From: an uncultured Nitrospiraceae bacterium
Lineage (GTDB): Bacteria > Nitrospirota > Thermodesulfovibrionia > Thermodesulfovibrionales > Dissulfurispiraceae
Assembly (NCBI GenBank): GCA_963705105.1
Contig: CAVPIW010000008.1
Span: forward strand, 32,001-96,000
Reading direction: 5' to 3'
DNA length: 64,000 nt
How positions within the stretch are numbered: position 1 is the first letter of the stretch; each line of letters begins with the position of its first letter. Positions 9,797 to 19,675 of the stretch are shown here, piece by piece. The position numbers were made by a program, and so were the translations under genes. The notes beneath the pieces are model-generated. The model was not told the origin of the DNA, did not search any database, and was given only the letters and a program-made list of their open reading frames with translations.

Positions 9797-11163
9797 CGCA
9801 GGAATCCGCACAGGCAGCACGGTCTTTCGTCATGGATGCGACCTTCTGGACGGCGACGGCCATTTTTGTCCTGGGATATGTGCTCATCGTGTCCGAGAAG
9901 GTGCACAAGACCGTAGTCGCCGTCGCCGGCGCTGCTCTCGTCCTTGTGCTGGGGATCCTCGATCAGCACGAGGCGTTCCATGTCGAAGAACTCGGCGTCG
10001 ACTGGAACGTCATCTTTCTCCTCATCTCGATGATGATCATCATCAATCTCATGCGTCCCACAGGCGTTTTCGAGTACATAGCCATCAGGAGCGCAAAATG
10101 GGGAAAGGGCGAGCCCTTCAGGATCCTGGCGATCTTCGCTGTCGTGACGGCAGTGCTCAGCGCGCTGCTCGACAATGTCACGACGGTTTTGCTGATCACC
10201 CCCGTGACGATATTCATCGCCGACGCCCTGGAGGTCGACTCGACACCCTACCTCATCTCCTGCGCCCTGTCGTCGAATATCGGGGGCACCGCCACCCTCA
10301 TCGGCGACCCCCCCAATATCATGATCGCGTCGAAGGCGGATCTGACATTCATGGATTTCATCTATCACCTTGCGCCGCTCGTCGTCGTCGCCATGGTTTT
10401 TTACATCGCCCTCATCTGGCTTATCTGGGGAAAGAAACTGGTCACGACGGAGGAGCACAAGAAGAGGATACTGGCAATGGACGAAACGAAGGCCCTGAAG
10501 GACCCTTCGATGCTGATGAAGTCTCTTTCCGTTCTTGCGATCGTCCTTGCCGGTTTCGTCCTTCACGGTGTCCTCCACCTGCAGCCCGCCACGATCGCGC
10601 TCTTCGGAGCGGGACTTCTCCTGCTGCTCCTGCGGGTCGAAGAGCCCCATCATGTCCTGGCCGAAGTGGAATGGCCCACGATCTTCTTCTTCATCGGCCT
10701 TTTCATCATCGTCGGCGCCGTCGTGAAGGTCGGCCTCATCCGGTGGCTGTCGGTGCAGATGCTCGACCTGACGGAGGGGAATTTCTTCGCCACTTCTATG
10801 GTGCTGCTCTGGTTTTCCGCCTTTGCCTCTGCTATAGTTGACAATATACCCTATGTCGCGACGATGAACCCCCTCATCGTCGACATGGCCGAGCAGCTCT
10901 GGCCGAATCTGACCGGAACGGCACGTCTTCACCATCCCGATCTCATGCCGCTCTGGTGGTCACTGGCGCTGGGGGCCTGCCTCGGCGGCAACGGGTCCGC
11001 CATCGGCGCCTCGGCAAACGTCATCGTCGTGGGCATGTCGGAAAAGGCGGGAAGGAAAATATCCTTCCTGAAGTTCATGGCGTACGGCATGCCCGTCATG
11101 ATACTGACGGTGCTCCTTTCAACGGTCTATGTCTGGCTCCGGTACTACGTCATTGCAGTGTAA
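9793..11163 (+). CDS. ArsB/NhaD (CitMHS-type) transporter
   Basis: SALLDNVTT, NIGGTATLIGDPPN and GGNGSAIGASAN motifs; many TMs. Confidence 0.9.
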   Translation: MTQESAQAARSFVMDATFWTATAIFVLGYVLIVSEKVHKTVVAVAGAALVLVLGILDQHEAFHVEELGVDWNVIFLLISMMIIINLMRPTGVFEYIAIRSAKWGKGEPFRILAIFAVVTAVLSALLDNVTTVLLITPVTIFIADALEVDSTPYLISCALSSNIGGTATLIGDPPNIMIASKADLTFMDFIYHLAPLVVVAMVFYIALIWLIWGKKLVTTEEHKKRILAMDETKALKDPSMLMKSLSVLAIVLAGFVLHGVLHLQPATIALFGAGLLLLLLRVEEPHHVLAEVEWPTIFFFIGLFIIVGAVVKVGLIRWLSVQMLDLTEGNFFATSMVLLWFSAFASAIVDNIPYVATMNPLIVDMAEQLWPNLTGTARLHHPDLMPLWWSLALGACLGGNGSAIGASANVIVVGMSEKAGRKISFLKFMAYGMPVMILTVLLSTVYVWLRYYVIAV

Positions 11164-11221
11164 ACCTTATCGTTGCATACGCCCCCGGAAAGGCGTTTCG
11201 CCCCGCTTTTCTATGCAAGGT
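11164..11221 (-). repeat. 58-bp mini derivative of the long hairpin repeat (two ends joined)
   Basis: ACCTTATCGTTGCATAC...GAAAGGCG joined to TTCGCCCCGCTTTTCTATGCAAGGT; starts right after a TAA stop. Confidence 0.75.
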
Positions 11222-11394
11222 AAAGTTCCTACGATCCTCATTTCGTGATACAATGCTCATAGGACGCTCCCTTGTCTTTAATGACAAGGGCCCAACGGTT
11301 CTGGAACGCGCACAGGCGATCGTCTTTTCCCTGTGCGACGTATTCAATAACTTCCCTTTCGGAAATTATGCCTATGCGCACGAGGAGGATCATC

Positions 11395-12636
11395 ATGGCA
11401 AACCCTGATATTCTTGCTTTTGTTCTTGCCGGCGGCAAAGGGGAGCGTCTCTTTCCCCTGACCGCCTTCCGTTCGAAGCCTTCCGTACCCTTCGGAGGCC
11501 GTTACCGGATCGTTGATTTCGTCCTGAGCAACATGGTGAATTCGAAGATCTACTCGATTTATCTGCTCGTTCAATACAAATCGCAATCCCTCATTGAGCA
11601 CGTGAGACGGAACTGGGCGCTGTCGTCTGTGATGAAGGACCATTTCGTGACAATCGTTCCGCCTCAGATGCGGATCGGACCGGAGTGGTTCCAGGGAACG
11701 GCCGATGCCATATTCCAGAACATCGATCTCATCAGGCAACACGCGCCTGAGCTTGTCGTCATCTTCGGCGCCGATCACATTTACCGGATGGATCTCCGGC
11801 AAATGGTCGATTTCCACATCGCTTCCGATGCGGCCGTCACCGTTGCGGCTCGCCCCGTCCCCGTCGAACAGGCGAGCGCCTTCGGCGTCATCGTGACGGA
11901 CGGAGAGAAACGCATCACCGGTTTTCTGGAAAAACCGAAAAAACCCGTCCCCATGACTGACGACCCGAACCGTGCCTATGTATCGATGGGCAACTACATC
12001 TTCTCGACGGACACCCTCATCGAGGCGCTTATCAGGGCGGAGAGAAAAAAACAGCATGACTTCGGAGCCCATATCCTGCCCGATCTCGTAAAGGGCGGCA
12101 GGGTCTTCGCCTATGATTTCGAAATGAACAACGTGCAGGGTGTACAGGAGTATGAAGAAAAGGGCTACTGGCGCGATGTCGGGACGATCGCCGCCTATTT
12201 CGAAGCGCACAGGGACATGCTGAGCTATTTCCCTTTGTTCGAAATCAACAATCCCCTGTGGCCGATCCACCCGTCTGGTTACCAGGGACCGGCATCCAAG
12301 GTCTTCAAGGCGAACATCGAGAACAGCATCATCGCGGAAGGTGTAATAATCCAGGACGCGACAATCCGCAACTCCGTCATCAGGAGCGGTGTCGTCATCG
12401 AGGAGGGCGTCACCCTCGACGACTGCATCATCATGGACGAGGTCGTCCTCAAAAAGGGATGCAAACTAAAAAACGTCATCGTCGACAAACAGAACGTCAT
12501 CGCCGAAGGAGAGCAGATCGGGTACGATCAGGAGAAGGACAGGTTTCATTGCCATATTGACGCATCGGGGATATCGATCGTCCCCAAGAAGGGCAAGCTC
12601 AAGAAATCGCCGAAGGCGTTTTTTAAGAATGTTTAA
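11395..12636 (+). CDS. glgC: Glucose-1-phosphate adenylyltransferase
   Basis: LAGGKGERL, KPSVPFGGRYR, GTADA and YWRDVGT motifs; C-terminal hexapeptide repeats. Confidence 0.95.
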   Translation: MANPDILAFVLAGGKGERLFPLTAFRSKPSVPFGGRYRIVDFVLSNMVNSKIYSIYLLVQYKSQSLIEHVRRNWALSSVMKDHFVTIVPPQMRIGPEWFQGTADAIFQNIDLIRQHAPELVVIFGADHIYRMDLRQMVDFHIASDAAVTVAARPVPVEQASAFGVIVTDGEKRITGFLEKPKKPVPMTDDPNRAYVSMGNYIFSTDTLIEALIRAERKKQHDFGAHILPDLVKGGRVFAYDFEMNNVQGVQEYEEKGYWRDVGTIAAYFEAHRDMLSYFPLFEINNPLWPIHPSGYQGPASKVFKANIENSIIAEGVIIQDATIRNSVIRSGVVIEEGVTLDDCIIMDEVVLKKGCKLKNVIVDKQNVIAEGEQIGYDQEKDRFHCHIDASGISIVPKKGKLKKSPKAFFKNV

Positions 12637-12646
12637 AGCGATCCCG

Positions 12647-12683
12647 GGGAGGTGGGGCCGTTCGCGGAACGGCCCCACCTCCC
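12647..12683. repeat. Perfect 17-bp-stem palindrome between convergent genes (REP-like or terminator)
   Basis: GGGAGGTGGGGCCGTTC-GCG-GAACGGCCCCACCTCCC; core shared with the hairpin in type II repeats. Confidence 0.7.
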
Positions 12684-12695
12684 TGCCCGACAGGG

Positions 12696-13349
12696 TTACC
12701 CTTCTTTCAACGCCCCGGCGATCCTGAGTCCAAGGTCACGGGCCGCGGCGAGGGCCGGCTCCTGGTCTTCAAACCTGTTTTTCGCCACGCTGTCCACCGT
12801 GGCATCGGGCCCGAAGATCATTTTGAGACCCGACATGTCGCAGAGGTCGCCTTTGCCGCAACTGATGCACGGCACATTGCCCTGGACCCTGACGGACCCG
12901 AGGAAATTCATCCCCTCCTCCATCATATAGAACATGACTGCGTTGATGCCCATCTGGCAGGCCGGGGGCAGCATCTCAACGCCCTCGGGGATGGCGCAGG
13001 TGACGACGGCGCCTCCCGGTTTGCCCCTCATGAAACCCTTCAAGTGACGTAGCGGATAGAGACGTTCGAGAAAGGCCTTCGTCCTCGCGTCGAGCGTCGA
13101 ATAGGGGGTGAAGCCGCCGACAACGAGGGCATCGGCCTCCTTCGCCTTTTCGGCCAGCATGATGCCGTCGTCCTCGATCACGCAGCGGTTCGTCTCGACA
13201 CATCCGAGACAGGCCCTGCAGGGCTCTACCGTGAAATCAGCGAGTTTAATGAATTCCGTCTCCAGGCCCGTCGCGTCAAGGACCGCCCTGAGGGCCCTGT
13301 CGGTATTGCTGTTGGGAATCGGGGACCCTGAAACTCCCAGTACTTTCAT
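12696..13349 (-). CDS. Iron-sulfur flavoprotein / FMN reductase family
   Basis: GSP..NSNT and CRACLGC..TNRC motifs; SD AAGGAG. Confidence 0.85.
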   Translation of the reverse strand: MKVLGVSGSPIPNSNTDRALRAVLDATGLETEFIKLADFTVEPCRACLGCVETNRCVIEDDGIMLAEKAKEADALVVGGFTPYSTLDARTKAFLERLYPLRHLKGFMRGKPGGAVVTCAIPEGVEMLPPACQMGINAVMFYMMEEGMNFLGSVRVQGNVPCISCGKGDLCDMSGLKMIFGPDATVDSVAKNRFEDQEPALAAARDLGLRIAGALKEG

Positions 13350-13791
13350 GTCATCTCCTTTCAGCCTGAATGATCCGTCCTTCTTTTTCTCCGGCGACAT
13401 ATGTCCGGATGCTCTCCTGCCATTATACCCGATCATCGGGGAAAGCTTGAGATTATTTCGAACAGGCCCGTGTCGGATTGACTTGTCTGACGGCCTCTAA
13501 GGATAATAGAAACAGAGAGAAAAGCCGGGGAGAACGTATTCGGCATACCGTTGCCGTGCACGAAACGAGGCTGTCAACCAGGCGCTGCTCCGGACTTTCA
13601 ATTTTCCGTTTTTCCGCGGAAGGGTTGTTTTTTTGCCCATGAGACGGGACGGCGGACATTATCGCCGTGATACAATTCGTCGATAATTAATGAAAAAGTG
13701 CTCATTGACCGCTGATGCCGGATTCCTCCGGACAGAGGCGCTTCGCCCTGCTTTTATCATGCAGATGGAAATTTGACACGCAGGTTTTCGG

Positions 13792-15183
13792 ATGGAGAGC
13801 GAACAGAGGAAAGACAATAAACCGTTCCTGCGACGGTTCATACCGCCGTTCCGCCTGAGCATTGCAAACAAGCTCCTGGCAGGGTTTCTCATCAATGCGT
13901 TGCTTCTTATCATCATCGCGGCTTTCAGCCTGTCGAATCTGAACCGCCTCAACTCGATCAACGACAGCATCATTCAGGCGGACATGCCCCTCATCGATGC
14001 CACGGAAAGAATGATTGACGCGGTCCTTGCACAGGAATCCTACGGGAAGCGCTACATGATCCTGAAGTCCTCTGACATGCTCGACCTCTTCTGGCAACGG
14101 AGCGAGGAATTCAGATCAATCATCGACAGGGTCAGGGGGCTTCCGAATGCCGGGGAGGTCCCCGTTGATCGTCTCACATCCCTCCATACCGAGTATGACA
14201 CTCTCTTCAGAAATGCGTTCTGGGAGCGCGCCGCATCCTCAGCAGCGCCCCAGGCCTATGATGAGCCGGTCAAGAGGAAGCAGGAAGAACTCGTTTCTCT
14301 TCTCCAGAATATCGCCTCACAGACCCGTCAGCATCAGAACGCGAAAAACCGTTCGACGATGGCCATCGGGAAGGAAACGTTCAGGATCACCCTTGCCCTG
14401 TGCGTCCTCGCCGTGCTTTCCGGCATCGTTTCCGCAATGGCTATCACGAAGAGCATATTGGCGCCGATCCTGCGGCTGAAAAAAGCGACGAAGGAGGTCG
14501 CAGAGGGAAGATTCAACCGTGTCCCCCTGTCCCTGAACCAGGATGAAATCGGCGACCTCTCGGTGGCCTTCAATGAAATGACGAGAAGATTGAAAAGACT
14601 CGAAGAGATGTATCTTGACGCAAGCCCCCTGACGAGGCTTCCCGGCGGCATCGCCATCGAAAACGTGCTCAGGAAGAGGCTCAGCGCCCGGGTTCCCCTC
14701 GCTTTCTGCCTCCTCGATATGGACAATTTCAAATCCTTCAACGACCGATACGGGTATGCGCGGGGCAGCGACGTCATCCTCGCCACGTCCCGGATCATCC
14801 TTGGAGCGGTCGCGGAATGCGGAAAAGAAGAGGATTTCGTGGGTCACATCGGAGGGGACGACTTCGTCATCATCACGGTGCCGGAGCGTTATGAAGCGGT
14901 ATGTGCCCGTGTTGTCGACGACTTTGACAGGATCATTCCCGATTTCTACGACCCCGAGGACAGGGAAAGAGGCTACATCGTCGGGAAGACCAGGCAGGGC
15001 CAGGGAATACGGTTCCCCCTCATCACCCTCTCCATAGCCATTGTCACGAACGAGAACCGCTCCTTTACGAGTCACCTCCAGATCGGGGAAATTGCCGCGG
15101 AGCTGAAGGATTACGCAAAAAAAATCCCGCGCAGCATCTATATCATAGACAAGAGGAAAAAACAGGCCGAAACAGGAGTATAA
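13792..15183 (+). CDS. Membrane diguanylate cyclase (periplasmic helical sensor, HAMP, GGDEF)
   Basis: 2 TMs, HAMP DEIGDL..AFNEM, DNFKSFND and GGDDF motifs. Confidence 0.9.
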   Translation: MESEQRKDNKPFLRRFIPPFRLSIANKLLAGFLINALLLIIIAAFSLSNLNRLNSINDSIIQADMPLIDATERMIDAVLAQESYGKRYMILKSSDMLDLFWQRSEEFRSIIDRVRGLPNAGEVPVDRLTSLHTEYDTLFRNAFWERAASSAAPQAYDEPVKRKQEELVSLLQNIASQTRQHQNAKNRSTMAIGKETFRITLALCVLAVLSGIVSAMAITKSILAPILRLKKATKEVAEGRFNRVPLSLNQDEIGDLSVAFNEMTRRLKRLEEMYLDASPLTRLPGGIAIENVLRKRLSARVPLAFCLLDMDNFKSFNDRYGYARGSDVILATSRIILGAVAECGKEEDFVGHIGGDDFVIITVPERYEAVCARVVDDFDRIIPDFYDPEDRERGYIVGKTRQGQGIRFPLITLSIAIVTNENRSFTSHLQIGEIAAELKDYAKKIPRSIYIIDKRKKQAETGV

Positions 15184-15212
15184 TAGAATATCTGCCCTGG
15201 AAAGGAATAGCG

Positions 15213-15797
15213 ATGATCACATACAGAATGTTCTCTTTTGTTTTTGGTTTGTTCATGCTCTTTGCGTTCTCCCATTGCGGGCTGAGGGTTGAACCGATAC
15301 CGCCACCTACACCTAAGATAATTGATTACGAACTCGAAACGGCCAGCTACGAGGCGTTGAGCCGGGACCCGCGGCCGGGCGTCGCCGCTGATGCATACCT
15401 CCGGCTCGCCTGGCTCTACGTCGACAATGAGAACCCGAAAAAGAGTTATCCGAAAGCCCTTGAGGCATTGAGCATTTACAGCGAGCTCGAACCTGAAAAG
15501 GCGAAGGAAGGGAATGTCCGGAACTGGCTTGAGGTGCTTCAGGAAATGTCACAGGAAACAAAAAGGGCCGACTCCTGCGACGAGGAGCTGGACAAGTCGG
15601 GCAAGGAATCGAAAAGGCTCAAGACCAGGTCTGATCAGCTGTCGAGAGAAGTGGGGGATTTGAGGGAAGCGAACGACCAGCTCCAGAAGAAATACCAGAA
15701 ACAGCAGGAGACGATCGAAAAGCTCCAGGAAACGATCGAGAAACTGAAGCATCTCGATCTGCAGCTCGAGGAAAAGAGAAGAAAAAGCATCAAGTAG
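15213..15797 (+). CDS. Lipoprotein with TPR-like helix and coiled coil (QseG/YfhG-like)
   Basis: Signal peptide ending in Cys; coiled coil ending EKLKHLDLQLEEKRR. Confidence 0.7.
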   Translation: MITYRMFSFVFGLFMLFAFSHCGLRVEPIPPPTPKIIDYELETASYEALSRDPRPGVAADAYLRLAWLYVDNENPKKSYPKALEALSIYSELEPEKAKEGNVRNWLEVLQEMSQETKRADSCDEELDKSGKESKRLKTRSDQLSREVGDLREANDQLQKKYQKQQETIEKLQETIEKLKHLDLQLEEKRRKSIK

Positions 15798-15804
15798 CGG
15801 ACAG

Positions 15805-16287
15805 ATGACGCGTTTCCTCATCATTGTCCTTTTGCTCTCCCTTTTATCCGGCTGCGCCCACGTCGTATCGCGGGAAATGCGGGACCGGAGCGATCAGGTC
15901 ACACCACTCGGCGAAATCTTCGGCGACCCTGCCCGTCACGAAGGCCGGATCGTGATTCTTGGCGGCATCATCATGAGCACGTGGAACACAGATGAGGGAA
16001 CATACGTGGAGGTCCTTCAGAAGCCCCTTGATTACCGGGGAAGGCCGACCCAGACGGACAGCACACTGGGAAGGTTCCTCGTGCTCCACAGGTCATACCT
16101 CGACACGGCGATATACGCGACCGGCAGGGAAGTGACCGCCGCCGGCGAAGTCATCGGCCGGAGGACGCTCCCCCTGGGGGAAATCGACTATCCCTATCTG
16201 CTCATCGAGGGCCGTGAGATCCATCTCCACTCCCCGGGAATGTCCTTCCCCGTCTTTTTCTCCATCGGCGTCGGGGTAGGTTTCTGA
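15805..16287 (+). CDS. Slp-family outer-membrane lipoprotein
   Basis: LSGC lipobox; GG.I, EVLQKPL..RP, GRFL and GREVT motifs. Confidence 0.9.
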   Translation: MTRFLIIVLLLSLLSGCAHVVSREMRDRSDQVTPLGEIFGDPARHEGRIVILGGIIMSTWNTDEGTYVEVLQKPLDYRGRPTQTDSTLGRFLVLHRSYLDTAIYATGREVTAAGEVIGRRTLPLGEIDYPYLLIEGREIHLHSPGMSFPVFFSIGVGVGF

Positions 16288-16438
16288 ACTGCATCGCCAT
16301 CGGGCCGGATCATATTTTGATGACTCAATGACCAATGACTTGATGACTTAGATTAGACGGTGGCATCTTCACGCCGCTATTTCCCGGGATCTTTGTCAGC
16401 GACGAGGTTCATCGCCGGGGCCTGTTTGCCCCCGGGCC

Positions 16439-16467
16439 TTGACATTTCCCTGCCGATCTGGTAAAAA
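16439..16467 (+). promoter_or_regulatory. Sigma70 promoter of the aroF leader
   Basis: TTGACA-17 nt-TAAAAA with extended TG. Confidence 0.7.
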
Positions 16468-16473
16468 AGGAAC

Positions 16474-16557
16474 ATGATTCACGAAGGGAATATCTCCTTC
16501 GCCCTTGCCTTCTGGTACGGCTTCATTTTTCTGTCGTCTACCCCTGGCAAGGTTTGA
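16474..16557 (+). CDS. Attenuator leader peptide MIHEGNISFALAFWYGFIFLSSTPGKV
   Basis: 27 codons with F9, F13-W14-Y15, F17, F19, directly upstream of DAHP synthase. Confidence 0.8.
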   Translation: MIHEGNISFALAFWYGFIFLSSTPGKV

Positions 16558-16586
16558 ACGGAGAGTAAAAAAACCGAGCAACTGCG

Positions 16587-16623
16587 AAAGCCGAGGGTAG
16601 ACGGACGGGCCCCGGCTTTTTTT
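16587..16623 (+). terminator. Attenuator terminator of aroF
   Basis: AAAGCCGAGGG...CCCCGGC then T7; its 5' arm is also complementary to 16535-16548. Confidence 0.8.
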
Positions 16624-16695
16624 CGCATATGCCAATTGGAGAGGCCGGGTGCATAGCCCGGCCTCTCTCGTTTTTCGGACAATGAGGAGAAGAGC

Positions 16696-17715
16696 ATGAT
16701 CATCGTAATGAAGACAACGGCGACGAAACGGGAAAAGGAAGACGTGATCAGACGGATCAAAGAACTGGGGTATAAACCGCATGTCATACGCGGCACGACA
16801 CGGGATGTCATCGGCGCCGTCGGTGACGAGAGGGGCAAGGTCGTCCTCCAAACCATCGAATCGATGCACGGTGTCGAAAGCGTCGTGCCGATTCTCAAGC
16901 CCTATAAGCTTGCATCACGTGAAGTGCGGCGCGAAACGAGCATCGTGGAGATCACCAAGTCCGTTTCCATCGGCGGCAGGGAAATCATCGTTTTCGCAGG
17001 TCCCTGCGCCGTGGAGAGCGAGGGGCAGATCCTCGAAACGGCCAGGGCCGTGAAGGAGGCAGGCGCCCAGGTGTTCCGGGGCGGTGCTTACAAGCCGAGG
17101 ACGTCTCCGTACAGTTTCCAGGGGATGGGAGAGGAAGGGCTGAAGCTCCTCGCCAAGGCCCGCGAAGCGACGGGCATGCCTGTCATCACCGAAGTCGTCA
17201 ATCCGGAAACGGCGGAACTCGTGGCCGAGTATGCCGATGTTCTCCAGATCGGGACGAGGAACGCCCAGAACTTCGAACTCCTGAAACGCGTCGGCATGCT
17301 GAGAAAGCCCGTGCTCCTGAAACGGGGCATGTCCATGACCGTCCAGGAGTTGCTGATGAGCGCCGAGTATATCCTCAGCGAAGGCAACCAGTCGGTCATT
17401 CTCTGTGAACGGGGGATCAGGACCTTCGAGACGGCGACACGAAACACACTCGATCTTTCGGCGATCCCGGTCCTGAAGGAAAGGACCCACCTGCCCGTCG
17501 TCGTCGACCCCTCCCATGCGACGGGACATCACCGGTATGTGGCGCCCATGGCCTATGCCGCTGTCGCTGCAGGTGCGGACGGTCTCATGATCGAGGTGCA
17601 CCCCGATCCGGAACACGCCGCTTCGGACGGTCCCCAATCTTTGACGCCGAAGAATTTCGCAGAGGTGATGGCGAAACTGCGGTCCTTTGCGGAGGTGTCA
17701 GGCAGAAGCCTCTGA
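16696..17715 (+). CDS. aroF: DAHP synthase type I-beta with N-terminal regulatory domain
   Basis: [31 protein letters not shown] and DPSH motifs. Confidence 0.95.
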   Translation: MIIVMKTTATKREKEDVIRRIKELGYKPHVIRGTTRDVIGAVGDERGKVVLQTIESMHGVESVVPILKPYKLASREVRRETSIVEITKSVSIGGREIIVFAGPCAVESEGQILETARAVKEAGAQVFRGGAYKPRTSPYSFQGMGEEGLKLLAKAREATGMPVITEVVNPETAELVAEYADVLQIGTRNAQNFELLKRVGMLRKPVLLKRGMSMTVQELLMSAEYILSEGNQSVILCERGIRTFETATRNTLDLSAIPVLKERTHLPVVVDPSHATGHHRYVAPMAYAAVAAGADGLMIEVHPDPEHAASDGPQSLTPKNFAEVMAKLRSFAEVSGRSL

Positions 17716-17716
17716 T

Positions 17717-18064
17717 CTAAGAGCCTTCCTCTATCGAAAAGAGCGGGTCCTCCAGCGCTTCGTTGCGGCAGACGGGACATCGTCCGGGTTTCTTCATGCG
17801 GTCCCTCTTCGTGAAAACGAAACCGCATTTCCTGCAGGCAGCGGCAATGACGACAAGCGGGTGTCCGGTCCTGCCCAGAGACCGGTGTATGTGCTCGAGG
17901 TGTTCATAGACCTCGCGCTCGGGCAGTCTCACGGCCGCGGATATCTCCCGCGCCGTCACGGCCCCCTGGTGAAGCAGGGCCATGATCTGTTGCCTGATCG
18001 TTTCGTGCCGCTCTGCCGGGACGGGCGGTTCCCTGTCTCTCTTTTTCACCGGACATAACCCCAT
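17717..18064 (-). CDS. HTH plus Zn-ribbon transcriptional regulator
   Basis: HTH (AREISAAVRLPEREVYEHLEHI), CRKC and CPVC. Confidence 0.8.
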   Translation of the reverse strand: MGLCPVKKRDREPPVPAERHETIRQQIMALLHQGAVTAREISAAVRLPEREVYEHLEHIHRSLGRTGHPLVVIAAACRKCGFVFTKRDRMKKPGRCPVCRNEALEDPLFSIEEGS

Positions 18065-18200
18065 GCGTTCAAGGTCTATTCTTGGAAGGGTTTTGAACTA
18101 TATCTGGCTTCCCGGCGTCAGCCATTGGTGTCCAAAATGATCTGAAACGAGGCACTTTGCCCCGCCTTTGCTCTGCAATGTAAACCCTGCGCAGCCGGAA

Positions 18201-18440
18201 TCAGGTTTCCCAGATGTTGTATTCGTGGAGAAGCCTGATGCCCATGTAGTAGCAGCAGTGGTTATGATTGAGATCGTTGATGAAGGACCGTTCGCTGCCG
18301 TCCTGAAAGAGTATCCGTACAAAGCAGAACCCCCCGGGTAAATCCGAGTGGCGCTCCTCGACGACCTCCCCCGAACCCCAGGATATATGTCTCAGATGCC
18401 TTACCCTGTCTCCGACCTGAAGGAACAGTCTTTTCCGCAT
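18201..18440 (-). CDS. Small SH3-like protein (DUF3553-like)
   Basis: GDRVRH..WGSGEV..VRILF pattern. Confidence 0.65.
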   Translation of the reverse strand: MRKRLFLQVGDRVRHLRHISWGSGEVVEERHSDLPGGFCFVRILFQDGSERSFINDLNHNHCCYYMGIRLLHEYNIWET

Positions 18441-18470
18441 TACCTGTATTATACCAAAGGGTCCTTTGAC

Positions 18471-19361
18471 CTACCGGATACGGGTACCGTACATCGAATA
18501 GACAAAATGCCCCGTAATGGTGAAGGTGTCGCTCCCCCATTCATCGGGAAGAGGCCAGTAAGGCTCGGCATCCCTGAGGGCCCTGATCGCCGCATCGTCG
18601 AGGCTCCTGTGCCCGGACGTGCGGACCAGCTCGACGGACCCCAGTTTGCCGTTCTTCGTGATGGTGAACCGGATGTAGAGGTCCCCGTAGATGCCGTTTC
18701 GGGCGGCATCCTCCGGGTATCGCCAGATATGCTCGATCCGCTCCCTCAGTCGCTGGAGATACCCGTGATAACGGAAATCTTTCGTGTTGAAGGTGATCCC
18801 GCCGCTGTCCGGGCGCGAGCCGCCCGGTTCTCCCCTCTGGGGGAGCTTTGCTATGACATCGCGGTCAAAGATCTTGTCCCGCGTGCTGCCGGGTCCGCTG
18901 CCCGGCGATGGGACTTTCCGGGATGTCCCTGGTCCATCGGGTTTTCCTGCGCCCTGTCCGGGGATACCGCCCTTTGTTGATAAGACACCGTCAGGACTTT
19001 CTTTTACCCGAGGCGACGCCGTGTCGGTCTGTGAGGGGACATCGCGGGACGGCGCCGGGGCCTGACTCCGTCTCGCCTCCTGCTGTTCCGCCCGCGGGCG
19101 GGTCTCTCTGCGTGAAGGCGTGCTCTTCGGCGCCGGAACGGCAGGGGCGCTTCTCTGCCGGGGGGGGCTGACCTGCGCCGGCGGCCGCGGTTGCACGGGC
19201 CGGGAACCCCGGGGAGCGCTTTCAGTCCTCATTTCTTCGGGAGTTACGATCCGGGCGTACAATGGCGGCGTTCTCCTGGTCTTGTCTTCCTGAACGAAGA
19301 TAAGTGCCAGGATCAGCAGGAGAATATGCAGAATGCCTGAGTAGAGGACGAACCTTTTCAA
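18471..19361 (-). CDS. tonB: TonB-family energy transducer
   Basis: N-terminal TM with SxxxH, Pro-rich linker, YPEDA..G and SG..SLDDAA. Confidence 0.85.
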   Translation of the reverse strand: MKRFVLYSGILHILLLILALIFVQEDKTRRTPPLYARIVTPEEMRTESAPRGSRPVQPRPPAQVSPPRQRSAPAVPAPKSTPSRRETRPRAEQQEARRSQAPAPSRDVPSQTDTASPRVKESPDGVLSTKGGIPGQGAGKPDGPGTSRKVPSPGSGPGSTRDKIFDRDVIAKLPQRGEPGGSRPDSGGITFNTKDFRYHGYLQRLRERIEHIWRYPEDAARNGIYGDLYIRFTITKNGKLGSVELVRTSGHRSLDDAAIRALRDAEPYWPLPDEWGSDTFTITGHFVYSMYGTRIR

Positions 19362-19437
19362 ACTTTTCTATTTTACCACAGCGGGTAAGACCGCACCGAA
19401 CCGGCAAAGGCGGGAGGGACAGTATGGATTTTCCTCC

Positions 19438-19675
19438 CAGTTGCGCAAGAAAGGCGGGGCGTATGCGCCGAAAACCTTGCTGCGGCGACACCAATGGTCA
19501 GCCACGCAAAGAGTGGAATCCCGTAGGGGCCGTTCCCCGAACGGCCCGACATCGATGAAGCTATTTCAGGCCGACGGCTGAAAAAGGTGAACTTTTTGCT
19601 GACACTCACACTGTCACTGACACTGTATTTCAGAGCGCTTCGCCACGCCTTTCCATGCAACTCCTACTACAAGGT
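19438..19675 (-). repeat. Long hairpin repeat, type II (composite)
   Basis: Shares the internal CAGTGT-repeat and GTAG-hairpin module with 27165 and 31732; its end overlaps the TAA of the GGR gene. Confidence 0.9.

Noticed and set aside
16319..16349. Short ATGAC tandem repeats
   Set aside because: Four degenerate units only; too short to interpret.
19373..19660. Similar short ORFs (..YSVSDSVSVSKKFTFF..) at 19373, 27168 and 31808, and others inside the repeats
   Set aside because: They are by-products of the repeat; starts, stops and frames differ between copies.
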